Below, in pieces: positions 20,518-32,300 of a stretch of DNA of 64,000 bases; positions within the stretch are counted from its first letter, which is position 1; the number at the start of each line of letters is the position of its first letter. Under the pieces are notes generated by a model. The model worked only from the letters and a program-made list of their open reading frames with translations. It had not been told where the DNA came from and did no database searches. This DNA is from an uncultured candidatus Porisulfidus sp. (GTDB lineage Bacteria; Pseudomonadota; Gammaproteobacteria; Poriferisulfidales; Oxydemutatoraceae), in NCBI GenBank assembly GCA_965215125.1, contig OZ244052.1, forward strand, positions 1,568,001 through 1,632,000. Reading direction: 5' to 3'. A program made the translations under genes and the position numbers.

Positions 20518-21795
20518 TTGCCCGATAAAAAGCAAGGATTTGCGACACGAGCGATACACGCCGGAGCTAAACCCGACTCTGCAACCGGTGCGCGTATCAC
20601 GCCGATACATCAATCGACTGCGTTTGTATTTGAAAACGTAGATCACGCAGCAAAACTATTCAACTTGGAGGCCGAAGGATTTATTTATTCTCGGTTAACG
20701 AACCCTACGGTTGATGTCTTGCAGAAGAGACTTGCCGATTTAGAGGGTGGAGTGGCTTCGGTATGCACCGCCTCGGGACATTCGGCTCAGTTATTGGCAT
20801 TGTTTGCATTGATGGAGGCCGGTGATAATTTCGTTGCGTCTAAAAAACTCTACGGTGGTTCAATCAACCAATTCGGCTATTCGTTCCGGCGTTTCGGGTG
20901 GCAAGTCAAATTTGTAGATCCCGACGATCCCGAAAATTTTCGTAAAGAGATAGACCAACACACCAAGGCTATTTTCACCGAAACAATCGCCAATCCCGGA
21001 GGTGTCGTATGCGATATAGAGGCAATTAGCAAGGTTGCCCACGAAGCCGGTATCCCGTGCATTACCGACAATACGCTTGCAACACCTGCGTTGATGCGAC
21101 CTATAGAATACGGTGCCGATATTGTCGTACATTCAACGACGAAGTTTTTATCCGGTCATGGCAATGCGATGGGGGGTGGGGTAATCGACGGCGGTAATTT
21201 TGATTGGAAGCAAAACGATAAATTCCACGCCCTTAGTAAACCCTGTGCCGCTTATCACGGTGTATGTTTTACGGAAAACTTCGGTAATGCTGCCTATGCG
21301 ATATATACCTTAGCGGTGAGCTTGAGGGACTTAGGTCCGACGATGGCACCGTTGAATGCGTATCTGACGATTACCGGTATTGAAACCTTACCGTTGCGCA
21401 TGGCAAAACACAGTGCTAACGCTTTAGAAGTTGCACAGTGGCTAGAAAATAATCCTGCTGTCGTAGCAGTTTCTTATGCCGGTTTACCGTCCAGTCCTTA
21501 TTATGAATTAGCGCAAAAATATTGTCCTGCGGGCAGTGGTTCGGTTTTTACTTTTAGCCTCAAAGGAGGTTATCAGGCTGGAGTTAAACTGGTGGAGCAG
21601 AGTACGCTATTCTCTCATTTGGCGAATATAGGCGACACACGCTCTTTGATAACACATCCTGCGTCTACCACCCACCGTCAACTGTCCGAAGAACATAAAA
21701 TATCGGCAGGTGCCGGACCCGAAGTCGTAAGACTGTCTATAGGACTGGAAGACCCCTCGGATATCATTGCGGATTTAGAGCAGGCTTTTAGATAG
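20518..21795 (+). CDS. metY: O-acetylhomoserine aminocarboxypropyltransferase
   Basis: GFATRAIHAG, IYSRLTNPT, VVHSTTKFLSGHG (PLP Lys), HLANIGDTRSLITHPASTTH; TTG start. Confidence 0.92.
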   Translation: MPDKKQGFATRAIHAGAKPDSATGARITPIHQSTAFVFENVDHAAKLFNLEAEGFIYSRLTNPTVDVLQKRLADLEGGVASVCTASGHSAQLLALFALMEAGDNFVASKKLYGGSINQFGYSFRRFGWQVKFVDPDDPENFRKEIDQHTKAIFTETIANPGGVVCDIEAISKVAHEAGIPCITDNTLATPALMRPIEYGADIVVHSTTKFLSGHGNAMGGGVIDGGNFDWKQNDKFHALSKPCAAYHGVCFTENFGNAAYAIYTLAVSLRDLGPTMAPLNAYLTITGIETLPLRMAKHSANALEVAQWLENNPAVVAVSYAGLPSSPYYELAQKYCPAGSGSVFTFSLKGGYQAGVKLVEQSTLFSHLANIGDTRSLITHPASTTHRQLSEEHKISAGAGPEVVRLSIGLEDPSDIIADLEQAFR

Positions 21796-22097
21796 GCTAC
21801 TGTATTTATTCCTCTCCTGTGAAATCCGCACAAGGTCACGTCATTTGTTTTTGACATACACATTGTTTTTAACGAACGCAGTATTTAGATTTTGTACGAG
21901 GCGCACCACTCTGCCTCTGATATTCGTATTATTTCTAACAGCTATAAATAGTTGAATCTTGCATAACTTGACATTCCTTGTGCTACTGCAACGAGGAACG
22001 GTTATTTGGAGCAAGTGGCGATTCTATTTTCGTGTAATATAATAAAAGACAATAATTCGTAAAGAAATGATTGAACCAACCCTCTTTTCACAAGGCA

Positions 22098-23462
22098 ATG
22101 CGTAAATACAGAAGAGAAAAAGATAGCTTGGGCGAGGTCGAAGTACCCGAGGATAAGTTATACGGAGCTCAAACCCAACGAGCGGTAGATAATTTTCCGA
22201 TTAGTGGTTTGTCTATGCCGTCTGCTTTTATACGCGCGTTGGGATTAATTAAATATAGCTGTGCCGAAAGTAATGCGCATTTAGGATTGTTGGATAGCAA
22301 GATTGCGGAGGCAATCGCACAAGCTGCCACAGAGGTCGCTGCGAATAAACACGATACACATTTTCCCGTAGATGTATTTCAGACCGGGTCCGGTACCAGT
22401 TCGAATATGAACGCCAACGAGGTCATCGCCAAGCTCGCTTCCGAGCTCTCCGGTTCGGCCATACACCCCAACGACCATGTCAATATGAGTCAAAGTTCTA
22501 ACGATGTGATACCGACGGCGATACACCTGAGTGCCGGTTTGTTGATTGAGGAGGAATTAAAACCGGCGTTGCAACATTTAGCAGATTGTATCGCTAACAA
22601 AGCGAATGAAGTCTCGGATAAGCTAACGACCGGGCGTACCCATTTGATGGATGCGATGCCGATCGGCTTAAAGCAGGAATTGAGCGGCTGGGAAGCGCAA
22701 GTACGCTATGCGATTGAACGCGTCGACTCAGCAATGCAAAGGCTTTGTGAATTGGCTCAAGGTGGTACTGCGGTCGGCACCGGTGTAAATTGTCCCGACG
22801 GGTTTGCCGATTCATTCTGTAGTATTTTATCCGAGCAAACCGGAATAGCTTTTGTTTCCAAGCCGAATAAGTTTGAAGCACTCGGCACTCAAGATGCGGC
22901 AGTGGAATGTAGCGGACAACTGAAGACTGCCGCCGTCGGTCTTACGAAGATTGCCAATGACCTGCGTTGGATGAACTCCGGCCCGCTGGCAGGCTTAGGC
23001 GAGATTACTCTGCCCGTATTGCAACCCGGTAGTAGCATTATGCCGGGTAAAGTGAATCCGGTTATTCCCGAGGCGGTTGCGATGGTTTGCGCTCAAGTCA
23101 TAGGCAACGATGCTACGATTACGATTGCCGGGCAAGCAGGCAATTTTCAACTCAACGTGATGTTGCCGGTTATTGCATATAACCTGTTGCAAAGTATCGA
23201 TTTGTTGAGCAATGCCGCGCACGTATTAGCCGACAAGGCGATTGCCGATTTTGTGGTCAACGAAGATACCTTGAAGTCCGCCTTAGAGAGAAATCCGATA
23301 TTGGTTACCGCCCTCAATAGAGTAATAGGCTATGAGAAAGGTGCAGCGATTGCCAAGCAGGCGTATCGCGAACGTCGTCCGATCCTTGATGTCGTTTTAG
23401 AGCAAACCGATCTGAGCAGAGAAGAAGCACAGACGCTGTTGGATCCTGCCAAACTTATCTAA
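22098..23462 (+). CDS. fumC: Class II fumarate hydratase
   Basis: EKDSLG, YGAQTQRA, FQTGSGTSSNMNANEV, GRTHLMDA, PGSSIMPGKVNPVIPE. Confidence 0.97.
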   Translation: MRKYRREKDSLGEVEVPEDKLYGAQTQRAVDNFPISGLSMPSAFIRALGLIKYSCAESNAHLGLLDSKIAEAIAQAATEVAANKHDTHFPVDVFQTGSGTSSNMNANEVIAKLASELSGSAIHPNDHVNMSQSSNDVIPTAIHLSAGLLIEEELKPALQHLADCIANKANEVSDKLTTGRTHLMDAMPIGLKQELSGWEAQVRYAIERVDSAMQRLCELAQGGTAVGTGVNCPDGFADSFCSILSEQTGIAFVSKPNKFEALGTQDAAVECSGQLKTAAVGLTKIANDLRWMNSGPLAGLGEITLPVLQPGSSIMPGKVNPVIPEAVAMVCAQVIGNDATITIAGQAGNFQLNVMLPVIAYNLLQSIDLLSNAAHVLADKAIADFVVNEDTLKSALERNPILVTALNRVIGYEKGAAIAKQAYRERRPILDVVLEQTDLSREEAQTLLDPAKLI

Positions 23463-23474
23463 AAAGCCTTTCCA

Positions 23475-23552
23475 TTGGGTGGTTGTGTCGTATCTGAAAA
23501 AGTTAATTCCCTTCCTTCGGAGAGGCGGACTTATCTGTCCGCCCGCCCCTAC
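23475..23552. repeat. Degenerate family A plus GTAG-type REP between convergent fumC and acnA
   Basis: TTAATTCCCTTCCTTCGGAGAGG followed by GCGGACTTATCTGTCCGCCCGCCCCTAC. Confidence 0.65.
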
Positions 23553-23582
23553 AGTGAGTGTCGTAATTCGGTGCGTGAACTG

Positions 23583-26204
23583 CTAAGCGGCGAGCCGGCG
23601 TAGCACATAGTGCAGAATCCCGCCGTTGTCGTAATAATCTTGCTCTTGCGGGGTATCTATGCGGATGCGTACCTTAAAGGTTCTGCTTTGCCGATTTTCG
23701 TCCTCCACACCGACATCGGCGGTGCCGTCTTTATTGGTGCGAATTGTATAAATTTCATTTCCCTCCAGACCTAGAGATTGGGCACTGTCGCCTTCTAAAA
23801 ATTGTAGAGGCAATATGCCCATCCCGATCAAGTTGGTTCTGTGTATGCGTTCGAAACTTTCGGCGATGACCGCCCGAACACCTTGCAGTCTAGGTCCCTT
23901 TGCCGCCCAGTCGCGCGACGAACCGCTACCGTATTCTTTGCCGGCGATGACGATAGTCGGTACCGACTCTTGCAGATAGCGCATCGCCGCATCGTAAATA
24001 GTCATCTGTTCTTTAGACGGGAAATGAAGCGTATAACCTCCCTCTACATTCGGCACTAATCGGTTGCGTAGGCGGATATTGGCAAATGTGCCTCTAACCA
24101 TCACTTCGTGGTTGCCTCGCCTTGAACCGTAGGAATTAAAGTCTTGCACTTGAACGCCTTGAGATTGCAAGTATGATCCCGCCGGGCTATCGGGTGCAAT
24201 TGCACCGGCCGGCGAGATATGGTCGGTGGTTACCGAGTCGCCCAAGATAGCAAGCACCCTTGCGTTCTCAATCGGTGCCGGTTGTTGCACCTCTAAAGAG
24301 AGATTTTCAAAATACGGCGGGTGCGCAACATAAGTAGAGTCCGCCCAATCGTAAAGCGTATCGGCAGTGCTTTCTAATTCACGCCAATCTTCGGTGCCGT
24401 CGAATATCCCGGAATAAATAGCCCTGAATTGGTCCGCCGACAATGCTTGTTTGAGTAGTGTATCGAGTTCTAGGCGGTTCGGCCAAATATCTTTTAGAAA
24501 GACCGGTTGTCCTTGTTCGTTGATAGCTAAAGGTTCTTTATATAAATCTATATCCATCGTGCCGGCGAGTGCATAGGCAATTACCAACGGCGGAGAAGCG
24601 AGGTAATTCAGTTGCACTTGTGCGTGTATACGTCCCTCAAAGTTTCTATTTCCGGACAACACTGCACTTGCCGTTAGCTTGTGTTCTTTGACCGCATTGG
24701 CAATCACTTCGGGCAAGGGACCCGAGTTTCCTATGCATGTGGTGCAACCATAGCCTACGTTATAAAAGCCGAGTGCTTGCAATGCATCCATCAGTTTTGC
24801 GCTTTGCAGATAATCGGTGACGACACGCGAACCGGGAGCAAGCGATGTCTTAACCCACGGCTTGACCTTAAGTCCGAGTGCGGCAGCTTTTTTAGCGAGC
24901 AGTCCCGCCGACAGCATCACCGAAGGGTTTGAAGTGTTGGTGCATGAGGTAATCGCAGCGATGGCAACGAAACCGTCGCGCAAAGTTACTTGCTCGCCGG
25001 CTATCTCAATATCGGCATGCTTGGACGCAGGGTTGATTTTTTTAAGGGCTTCGCGACATTTTTCCTGTGCAAGGTTTAACGGTATGCGATCTTGCGGACG
25101 CTTCGGTCCGGCAAGGCTCGGCACGACTTCGTTTAGGTCAAGGCTGATCGTCTTATCGTATTGCAACTTATTTTCATCGTTGCGCCATAAACCGCATTGC
25201 TTGGCATAGGCTTCTATCAAGGCGATCTCGTCGGTGGTGCGACCGCTCAAAGATAGGTAGTCTAAGGTCTCTTGGTCTATAGGAAAGATGCCGCAGGTTG
25301 CACCGTATTCCGGTGCCATGTTGGCGATGGTTGCGCGGTCTCCCAGCGACAATTCATTCAAGCCGTCGCCGTAGAACTCTACAAACTTGCCTACTACGCC
25401 TAGTTTGCGCAACATTTCTACGACCGTCAACACTAGGTCGGTTGCGGTTGAACCTTCGGGTAATTTCCCGTGTAGCTCAAAGCCTACGACCTCGGGGATT
25501 AGCATAGAGATGGGCTGCCCCAACATAGAGGCTTCGGCTTCTATGCCGCCCACACCCCACCCCAACACGCCGATGCCGTTTATCATCGTAGTATGCGAAT
25601 CGGTTCCTACTAACGTATCGGGGTACGCTAATTTTTCACTTCGATCTTCGTTCACGAAGATAACCCGCGCCAGATATTCCAGATTGACCTGATGTACGAT
25701 GCCGGAACCGGGCGGTACGACCTTGAAGTTGGAGAATGCTTTTTGTCCCCACTTCAGAAAATTATAACGTTCGCGGTTACGCTGAAATTCTATTTTTGTA
25801 TTGAGGTCTAGAGCTTTGTCGTTGCCGAATTTATCTACCTGAACCGAGTGATCTATGACGAGTTCGGTAGGCTGCAAAGGGTTGATTTTATCGGGGTCTA
25901 GTCCCAAACGATGCATTGCCGCTCGCATCGCTGCAAGGTCTACCACCGCCGGCACACCGGTAAAATCTTGCATCAATACCCGTGCCGGGCGATAGGCGAT
26001 TTCTTTGTTCTCGCCTTTTCTATCGAGCAAAGCCTGTATATCCGTTTTATTCACGGTGTTTCCGTCTTCGTAGCGCAATAAATTTTCTAATAAAATTTTC
26101 AAGCAGAACGGCAAACTGTGCGCCTGCTCGAGCCGCGATATATCAAAGATAGTATAAGAATCGTTGCCCACCTCAAGAGTCGTTTTAGTATCAAAGCTGT
26201 TCAT
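23583..26204 (-). CDS. acnA: Aconitate hydratase A
   Basis: [63 protein letters not shown]; ATG 26204 (MNSFDT) preferred. Confidence 0.98.
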   Translation of the reverse strand: MNSFDTKTTLEVGNDSYTIFDISRLEQAHSLPFCLKILLENLLRYEDGNTVNKTDIQALLDRKGENKEIAYRPARVLMQDFTGVPAVVDLAAMRAAMHRLGLDPDKINPLQPTELVIDHSVQVDKFGNDKALDLNTKIEFQRNRERYNFLKWGQKAFSNFKVVPPGSGIVHQVNLEYLARVIFVNEDRSEKLAYPDTLVGTDSHTTMINGIGVLGWGVGGIEAEASMLGQPISMLIPEVVGFELHGKLPEGSTATDLVLTVVEMLRKLGVVGKFVEFYGDGLNELSLGDRATIANMAPEYGATCGIFPIDQETLDYLSLSGRTTDEIALIEAYAKQCGLWRNDENKLQYDKTISLDLNEVVPSLAGPKRPQDRIPLNLAQEKCREALKKINPASKHADIEIAGEQVTLRDGFVAIAAITSCTNTSNPSVMLSAGLLAKKAAALGLKVKPWVKTSLAPGSRVVTDYLQSAKLMDALQALGFYNVGYGCTTCIGNSGPLPEVIANAVKEHKLTASAVLSGNRNFEGRIHAQVQLNYLASPPLVIAYALAGTMDIDLYKEPLAINEQGQPVFLKDIWPNRLELDTLLKQALSADQFRAIYSGIFDGTEDWRELESTADTLYDWADSTYVAHPPYFENLSLEVQQPAPIENARVLAILGDSVTTDHISPAGAIAPDSPAGSYLQSQGVQVQDFNSYGSRRGNHEVMVRGTFANIRLRNRLVPNVEGGYTLHFPSKEQMTIYDAAMRYLQESVPTIVIAGKEYGSGSSRDWAAKGPRLQGVRAVIAESFERIHRTNLIGMGILPLQFLEGDSAQSLGLEGNEIYTIRTNKDGTADVGVEDENRQSRTFKVRIRIDTPQEQDYYDNGGILHYVLRRLAA

Positions 26205-26373
26205 AGTCCGATTGATTGTTGTAATGTATGGATTTTTAATATTCCTGTATGATTGTTTTTGCAAACAATGGAAATAATAACGGTTATTATGCCCTATTTG
26301 CCGAGTTGTGACAATGCCGTCCGGCATTCTCCCCTCAAAGAGGGGCAGGTGACCGTGTCGTGTCCAATTTTAG

Positions 26374-29300
26374 TTATCGTACAGGACCTTCTAAAAACAG
26401 TCTGGTACGGACGAGTAGCGATTTGACTTTGGATCTGTTTAGCGTGATAGTGTATTCTCTTGTTCCGCGCATACTTGAACGGGAATGTGGTTCTACTTTA
26501 ATCACGATAGTTGCACTATCCTCGTCGCTCATGAGTGTGTGAATGAAAGAGGTACTGCTTGTCAATTCTTGGAAGTTTTGGGTGCCTATTTTGTAGCTGA
26601 TAGTATGGCTTGTGTTATTTGCGACGGGGGTTAATCTAATCCGAATGGTTCCTACATTAAATTCCGCCTCGTATTCTAAAACTTCGGGATCAAATCTCCG
26701 GTTCAATTCTATCTGTCTATATATTATGACATCGCCGCTGTTGCTACTTTCCTCAAGTTCCAATGCCACCAGAGTAGGTTGCTGACCGCCCAATATCGGT
26801 CCACAATCGGGTAATTCGGTATTAGGATTTGTATCGCATTGAGGGTCACCTGTGGGGGCGAAGCCTTTTCCGTATCCGAGTATAGGATATTCATTGTTCG
26901 TGCCGAAGTCCCAATCTTCGGTAGACCACTCACTATATATCCCGGTTGTCGTTGTGGGTGCTTTAAGTTGTGTGGCCGACCGTCCCACCGAGCCGTTTAA
27001 TTTGTATCTATCTTCAATGGTTATATTTCCTCGTCCTACATCAGGAAGTTCGCTGCCGTCGTTTTGCCAATAACTTGCATTTGCAGTAGCTGAACCGCTA
27101 TCGTAGTTGCCGATTAGACCCCCTAAGACGGAGGTTGTAGAAGTTCCTATAACCAGACTCGTTGTATAGCTGTTACGCAGTATGTCATCATTTCCCATAG
27201 TGCCGATTAAACCGCCCAAGTTTGTATGTCCCGATACGACACCGCTGGAATAAGTGTTTGCGATAGCACTTCTTAGTCCTGTATGACGACCTATCAACCC
27301 GCCTAGGTTTTGACTATTGTCCCCGCCACCTTGAACATTGCCGGTTGCAAAACTGTTGGAAATTCTAGGAGTTGGATCTCCGGAATCAGGGTTATCATTT
27401 GATCCGACCAGTCCCCCTACATTGAGGATACCGGAGACATTGCCGGCTGCGAAACTATTGTAAATATGGTTTCTGTTAGTGCCGACCAATCCGCCTACAT
27501 CGGTGATATTTTCTCCTACAATGTCGCCGGTTGCATAACTACCGTTAATTGTTCCTTGGTTGACACCGACCAGCCCGCCTAATCCACCTAAATAAGGTTC
27601 GACCGTTAACCTTAACCTTCTTACTAAATCTCCGCTACCGACTATCGCAACATATGCATGGCTATTGATAATACGTCCTCTGCTAAGATTAATACCGACG
27701 AGGCCGCCTATCTGATTATCTTCCGAAATCCGATCTGGTATGCGGAGCCCGGTTATTGAACCGCGCGCATAACTATTAAGAATCAAACCGGCATTGCTTG
27801 CCACCAATCCACCTATCGCAGCGAGTCCTTGTATATTTGCATCTAATAGCCCCAGGTTCTGAATTTTGCCGTCCTCCGTCAGGTGATTAAATAGAGCTAC
27901 GAATAATGAAGTTGGAGAATTTATAAACAGGTTGGATATTGTCAAGTCGTTTCCTTCAAAGGTCGTGCTAAGACCACCGTCCAGCCCACCAATCGGTTGC
28001 CAACCTGTATTAGTACGCCATGTATTCATGTTCGTGCTGTCGCTGTAATGTTCGGGTTCGCCGAAGTTTAAGTCTCTGTCTAATTCGTAGCCGCTGCAAC
28101 GATTTTCTATACAACCGAAGGTGACTTTAGTAGTCAAACTGTTGCTGGTGTTATAAGCACTGCCGTCTAATTGATAGCGAATCGCATCTAAATCCTCCAA
28201 GTAGTAAATCTCTATCAGATTGTCGCCGTCATCGTCGGCTTTTATCCTAAACGGGCCTATTCGTGTTGTCACCGTATGGTTTTGGGCATCGGTGTGTGTT
28301 ATTAGCACGCGATAGCGAGTACTGCCTGGAGTATTATTCGGTATGACGAAGGTGTTGGTGCTAACATCACTAAGATCTATCCAGTCAATGCCCAATTTTC
28401 TTTCTTGCCATTGATATGTGAAATCTCGGTCTCCGTCGCCGTCCGGATCGGTTTTTACTCGGACGGTGATGGTGGTGGTACTTATTTCTGTTTCTATATC
28501 GGGAGGCCCGTTATCTGTGCGATTGACTCTCAATACCGTACTACGGCTGGTTGAGGAACCGTCACCGTCGTCAACTCTCAGTATGAATGTGATGTCACGA
28601 TTGTCACCGGTTCCTACGAAATTTTCGGGTATCTTAAAACTTAAGGTAGGGGCGTTTAGTTCTGACACGCTTGTCGGGTCATCTAGAGAGTGTGTCCACG
28701 CATGGTCATAGGGTTCGGTGCCGCCGGTGACTACGGGTGTCAAAGTAATCGTGCTTCCCTCGTTGACCGTGCCATCTTCGTTCGCAGGTTCAATGCTGAA
28801 TGTTTCGGATATTGAAAGGTTGGGACCGGGGACTATGAGTGTATAAAGTGTACTAATATCTTCATCTATAACTTCAATGGTTAAAATTCTTACTGTATCT
28901 CTTAATACAATTTCTTCGCTTGCGTCCCCGCTACTTCTATTGCTGAAATAATTGATGTCTTCTCCTCGTTCGGTAATGGTAATCGTTGCGTTGTCACCGT
29001 TGACTGCGAACGGCAGGATTTGAAATTTATCCGAGTCTAGGTCGGGGATAATATAATCGTAGATCAAAGACGAGAAAGACCGGTTGCGAAATCTCAAATC
29101 TTTATTGCTTATCTCGCCGTTTTCCAGTAAAAATAAAGCACTCAGCCCGCTGTTACGTTGATTGGGTAACAGGGTGCCGCATTGCGGCAACGAGGTTTGA
29201 GGGTCGGTATCGCATGTGTCTGCCGTCGCAGAACCAAAGATTGTGACGGCACTAAAAGGAAAGTTTTCATAATTGATAGGACCTGCGTGGCGGAGGGCAG

Positions 29301-32300
29301 GATAAATTGTACTGTTTCCGAAATCCCAATCGGTAGTACTCCATTGCCCGTATATACCGCTTGCATCGGTCGGTGATTTAAGGCTTTCGGCAGTTAGTCC
29401 CGCCGTATAAAAGCTGTATCTGGAGAGTCCTATATCATTGAACAAGGAGTCCGGTTTTCTTGCCCAATAGCTTCGGTTCAGGCCGGTAACTATTCTGGCA
29501 TCACCGGGTATATTCCTGCCCACTAATCCGCCCACAAAGTAGTTGATTCTGCTTTCGGAGCCTATCACACAGCCTGTTGTATAGCTATTGGTAATCGAAC
29601 CACCCGCACTCGTTGTGCCGGCTATGCCACCGATGAAATTATCACCCATGACACAACCGCTCGCATAACTGTTGCTAATTCCGAATGAGCTACCTCTTCT
29701 GCCGATGAATGTCCCTACCAATCCGCCTACGCGCATTGCTCCACGAACATTACCGCTCGCATAGCTATTGGTGATGTTGATAAAATTACCACGACCGACT
29801 AACCCGCCTATTCTTTCTTCTTTTCCGGTGGCATTGACTATCGCGTGGCTGTTGGCAATAGTCGTTAGTCGGGCATCACCGACTAACCCGCCTACGTTTC
29901 CATCTCCGACAATAGTGCCGGTGGCATAGCTGTTAGCGATCAAACCTACATCACTACTAGCAGCTAATCCGCCCACATTGAGCTTTCCTCTGATGTTGAT
30001 ATCAAGCAAGCCGAGATTGACTATCTTGGCGTGTCGGAAAGTGCCGCCGCTAGTTTGTTGTCCTGCCTGACCGAATAGCCCCACATTATCCGAAGTATCG
30101 GGGTTAGTTCTGTTAATTTGCAGATTGGAAATCGTATAGCCGTTGCCTTCGAAGGTATTGTGAAAAGACTGATTTATGCCCCCGATCGGCAACCAGCCTT
30201 CATCGCTGTTATCCTCGTAATCGTCAACCGTCCATCGTTTTTTATTGGATATTGAGAAATAGCTCGCGTCACTATCAAAATCCAAATCTCTAGCCAACTC
30301 GTAACCGACACAGCCGGTGTTCGGGCAGCCGTTGGTGATTGTTTTAGCAGTTGTGCTTGCTCTATAGCCTTTTCCGTCCGGTTGATAACGGATTGCATCT
30401 AAATCTTCCAAGTAGTAAATCTCTATGAGTCCGTCGTTGTCTGCGTCTATATCTACTCGGAGCGGTCCTATAGTTTCGTTGGGTACATTCCTAACGATTA
30501 AGGTTTTACTTAAAGTGATGCTATCGGAAGCGTCGGATACGGTTAGCGTGAATGTGAGGCTACGAGTTGACGCAATCTCACCGTCCACAAAGTCTAGAGG
30601 TATAAAAACGCTTATTGAGGGGGTACTTCCATGTAACTGTGAGTAATCCAATGTGGGAGACTGTTCCCACCTAAAGTCATAATTTCCACCGGCGACAACC
30701 AATAGCATGATTTCACTATTCTCATCTACCGTGCCGTCTGCGTTTATGCCGATATTATTTCCGGCTCGGAGTTCAATTTCTTCCCTTATCGCGATAGACC
30801 GCTTCTCAAAGCGCAGATTATAAATAGAATTGCTATCGCTCACCGTAACAGTTATTGCAGTATTTTCCGATAACGAGATTGTGGTTTCGGTACTGCCGAT
30901 TGCCGTGCCTATATCGCCGATTGTGATATTTGCCGTAGAATTGTACGCATTCAGCAGCAGGCTAATGTTCTGCACGCTATCGTCAACCAATACGGTGTAG
31001 TCGGTTTCGTCGGAACTAAAGTACGGTATCCATGCTACACCCTTAATATCTATATCTCTCAAACCGGTGCCCTGATTGGGCAATAACGAACCACATTCGG
31101 GTGGGTCTATATCCTTACGGCGCGGCCGGTTACTACATGTTGACGGGTCTTCATCCACCGTATACTTGAGAACCGGGTATTGATTAGGCGTGCCGAAATT
31201 CCAATCGGCAACATGCCAACCGCTATATATTCCGGTCGCGTCATCGGGGAATTTAAGGTCGGAAGCCGATTGCCCTGCGGTATACGAAAGTGTTGATCTT
31301 CCACTGCCCACTCTGCCTATATCGGAGAGTGAGGAATCATCATTTTGCCAATAACTTGCAGTGATTGTCGGTGCAGGCAAATTACGGGTCGATAGGATTC
31401 CTTCTTGACTATGTCCATTGATAGCGGCTAAACCCCCGAAATCATCATCTTCAGGCTTATCGTTTAGAGTATGGGTAATACGTGTAATAACGGGGTTTGC
31501 ATAACTATTGGTAATCCTATGTCTGTTGGCACCGACCAGCCCACCGCCATCCGCTAAGCTAGAGACTGTACCGCGCGCATAGCTGTTAATAATTTCCCCG
31601 GCACTATTCGCCGGACATCCTATATGGAAACTAAGGCAGTTTTCGCCGACCAACCCACCTACGGTGAATTTTCCGGTGACATTGGCGGCTGCATAACTAT
31701 TAACAATCTTATTGAGATTAGTACCGACCAACCCACCTACTTTATCTCTTCCTTGCCGGTTGTTTGCTTCCAAAGTGCTATCGAAGGTTCCTCCGTTTAC
31801 GCTCCCGGAAACATAGCTGTTTATCACTTTTCCGCCGTTTATGCCCACTAGACCACCTACACCTTTGAGGTAATAGATATCGTTGCGCCGCGCATCGGGC
31901 CTCGCCTGTGGCGAATCGTTTTTCTCAATCCTTAGATTTAATAAACCGATATTTCTAATTACGGCAGTCTGTGTGGTAAAACCGAATAAACCTACCCCTC
32001 TTAGTCCCCATCCGGTCGCATCCTTATTTTCGATATTTTCCATGTTGATAAACAGGTTGGAGATGGTATAGCCGTTGCCTTCAAATATGCCTCTGAATCC
32101 ATTTTGTACCTCTTTTCCCGAACCGCTAATATTAATGCTACCTATCGGTTGCCATCCTCCGTTGTTCCATTTTATTTTGTTTTCAACATTATTTCTGTAA
32201 TCGGATTCTTTTTTGAAGTCTAGGTTTCTTGTCAACTCGTAACCTATACAAACATTTCCTGGGCAACCTCTTGTTATTTTTCTTCTTCCCTCCCCCCTTC

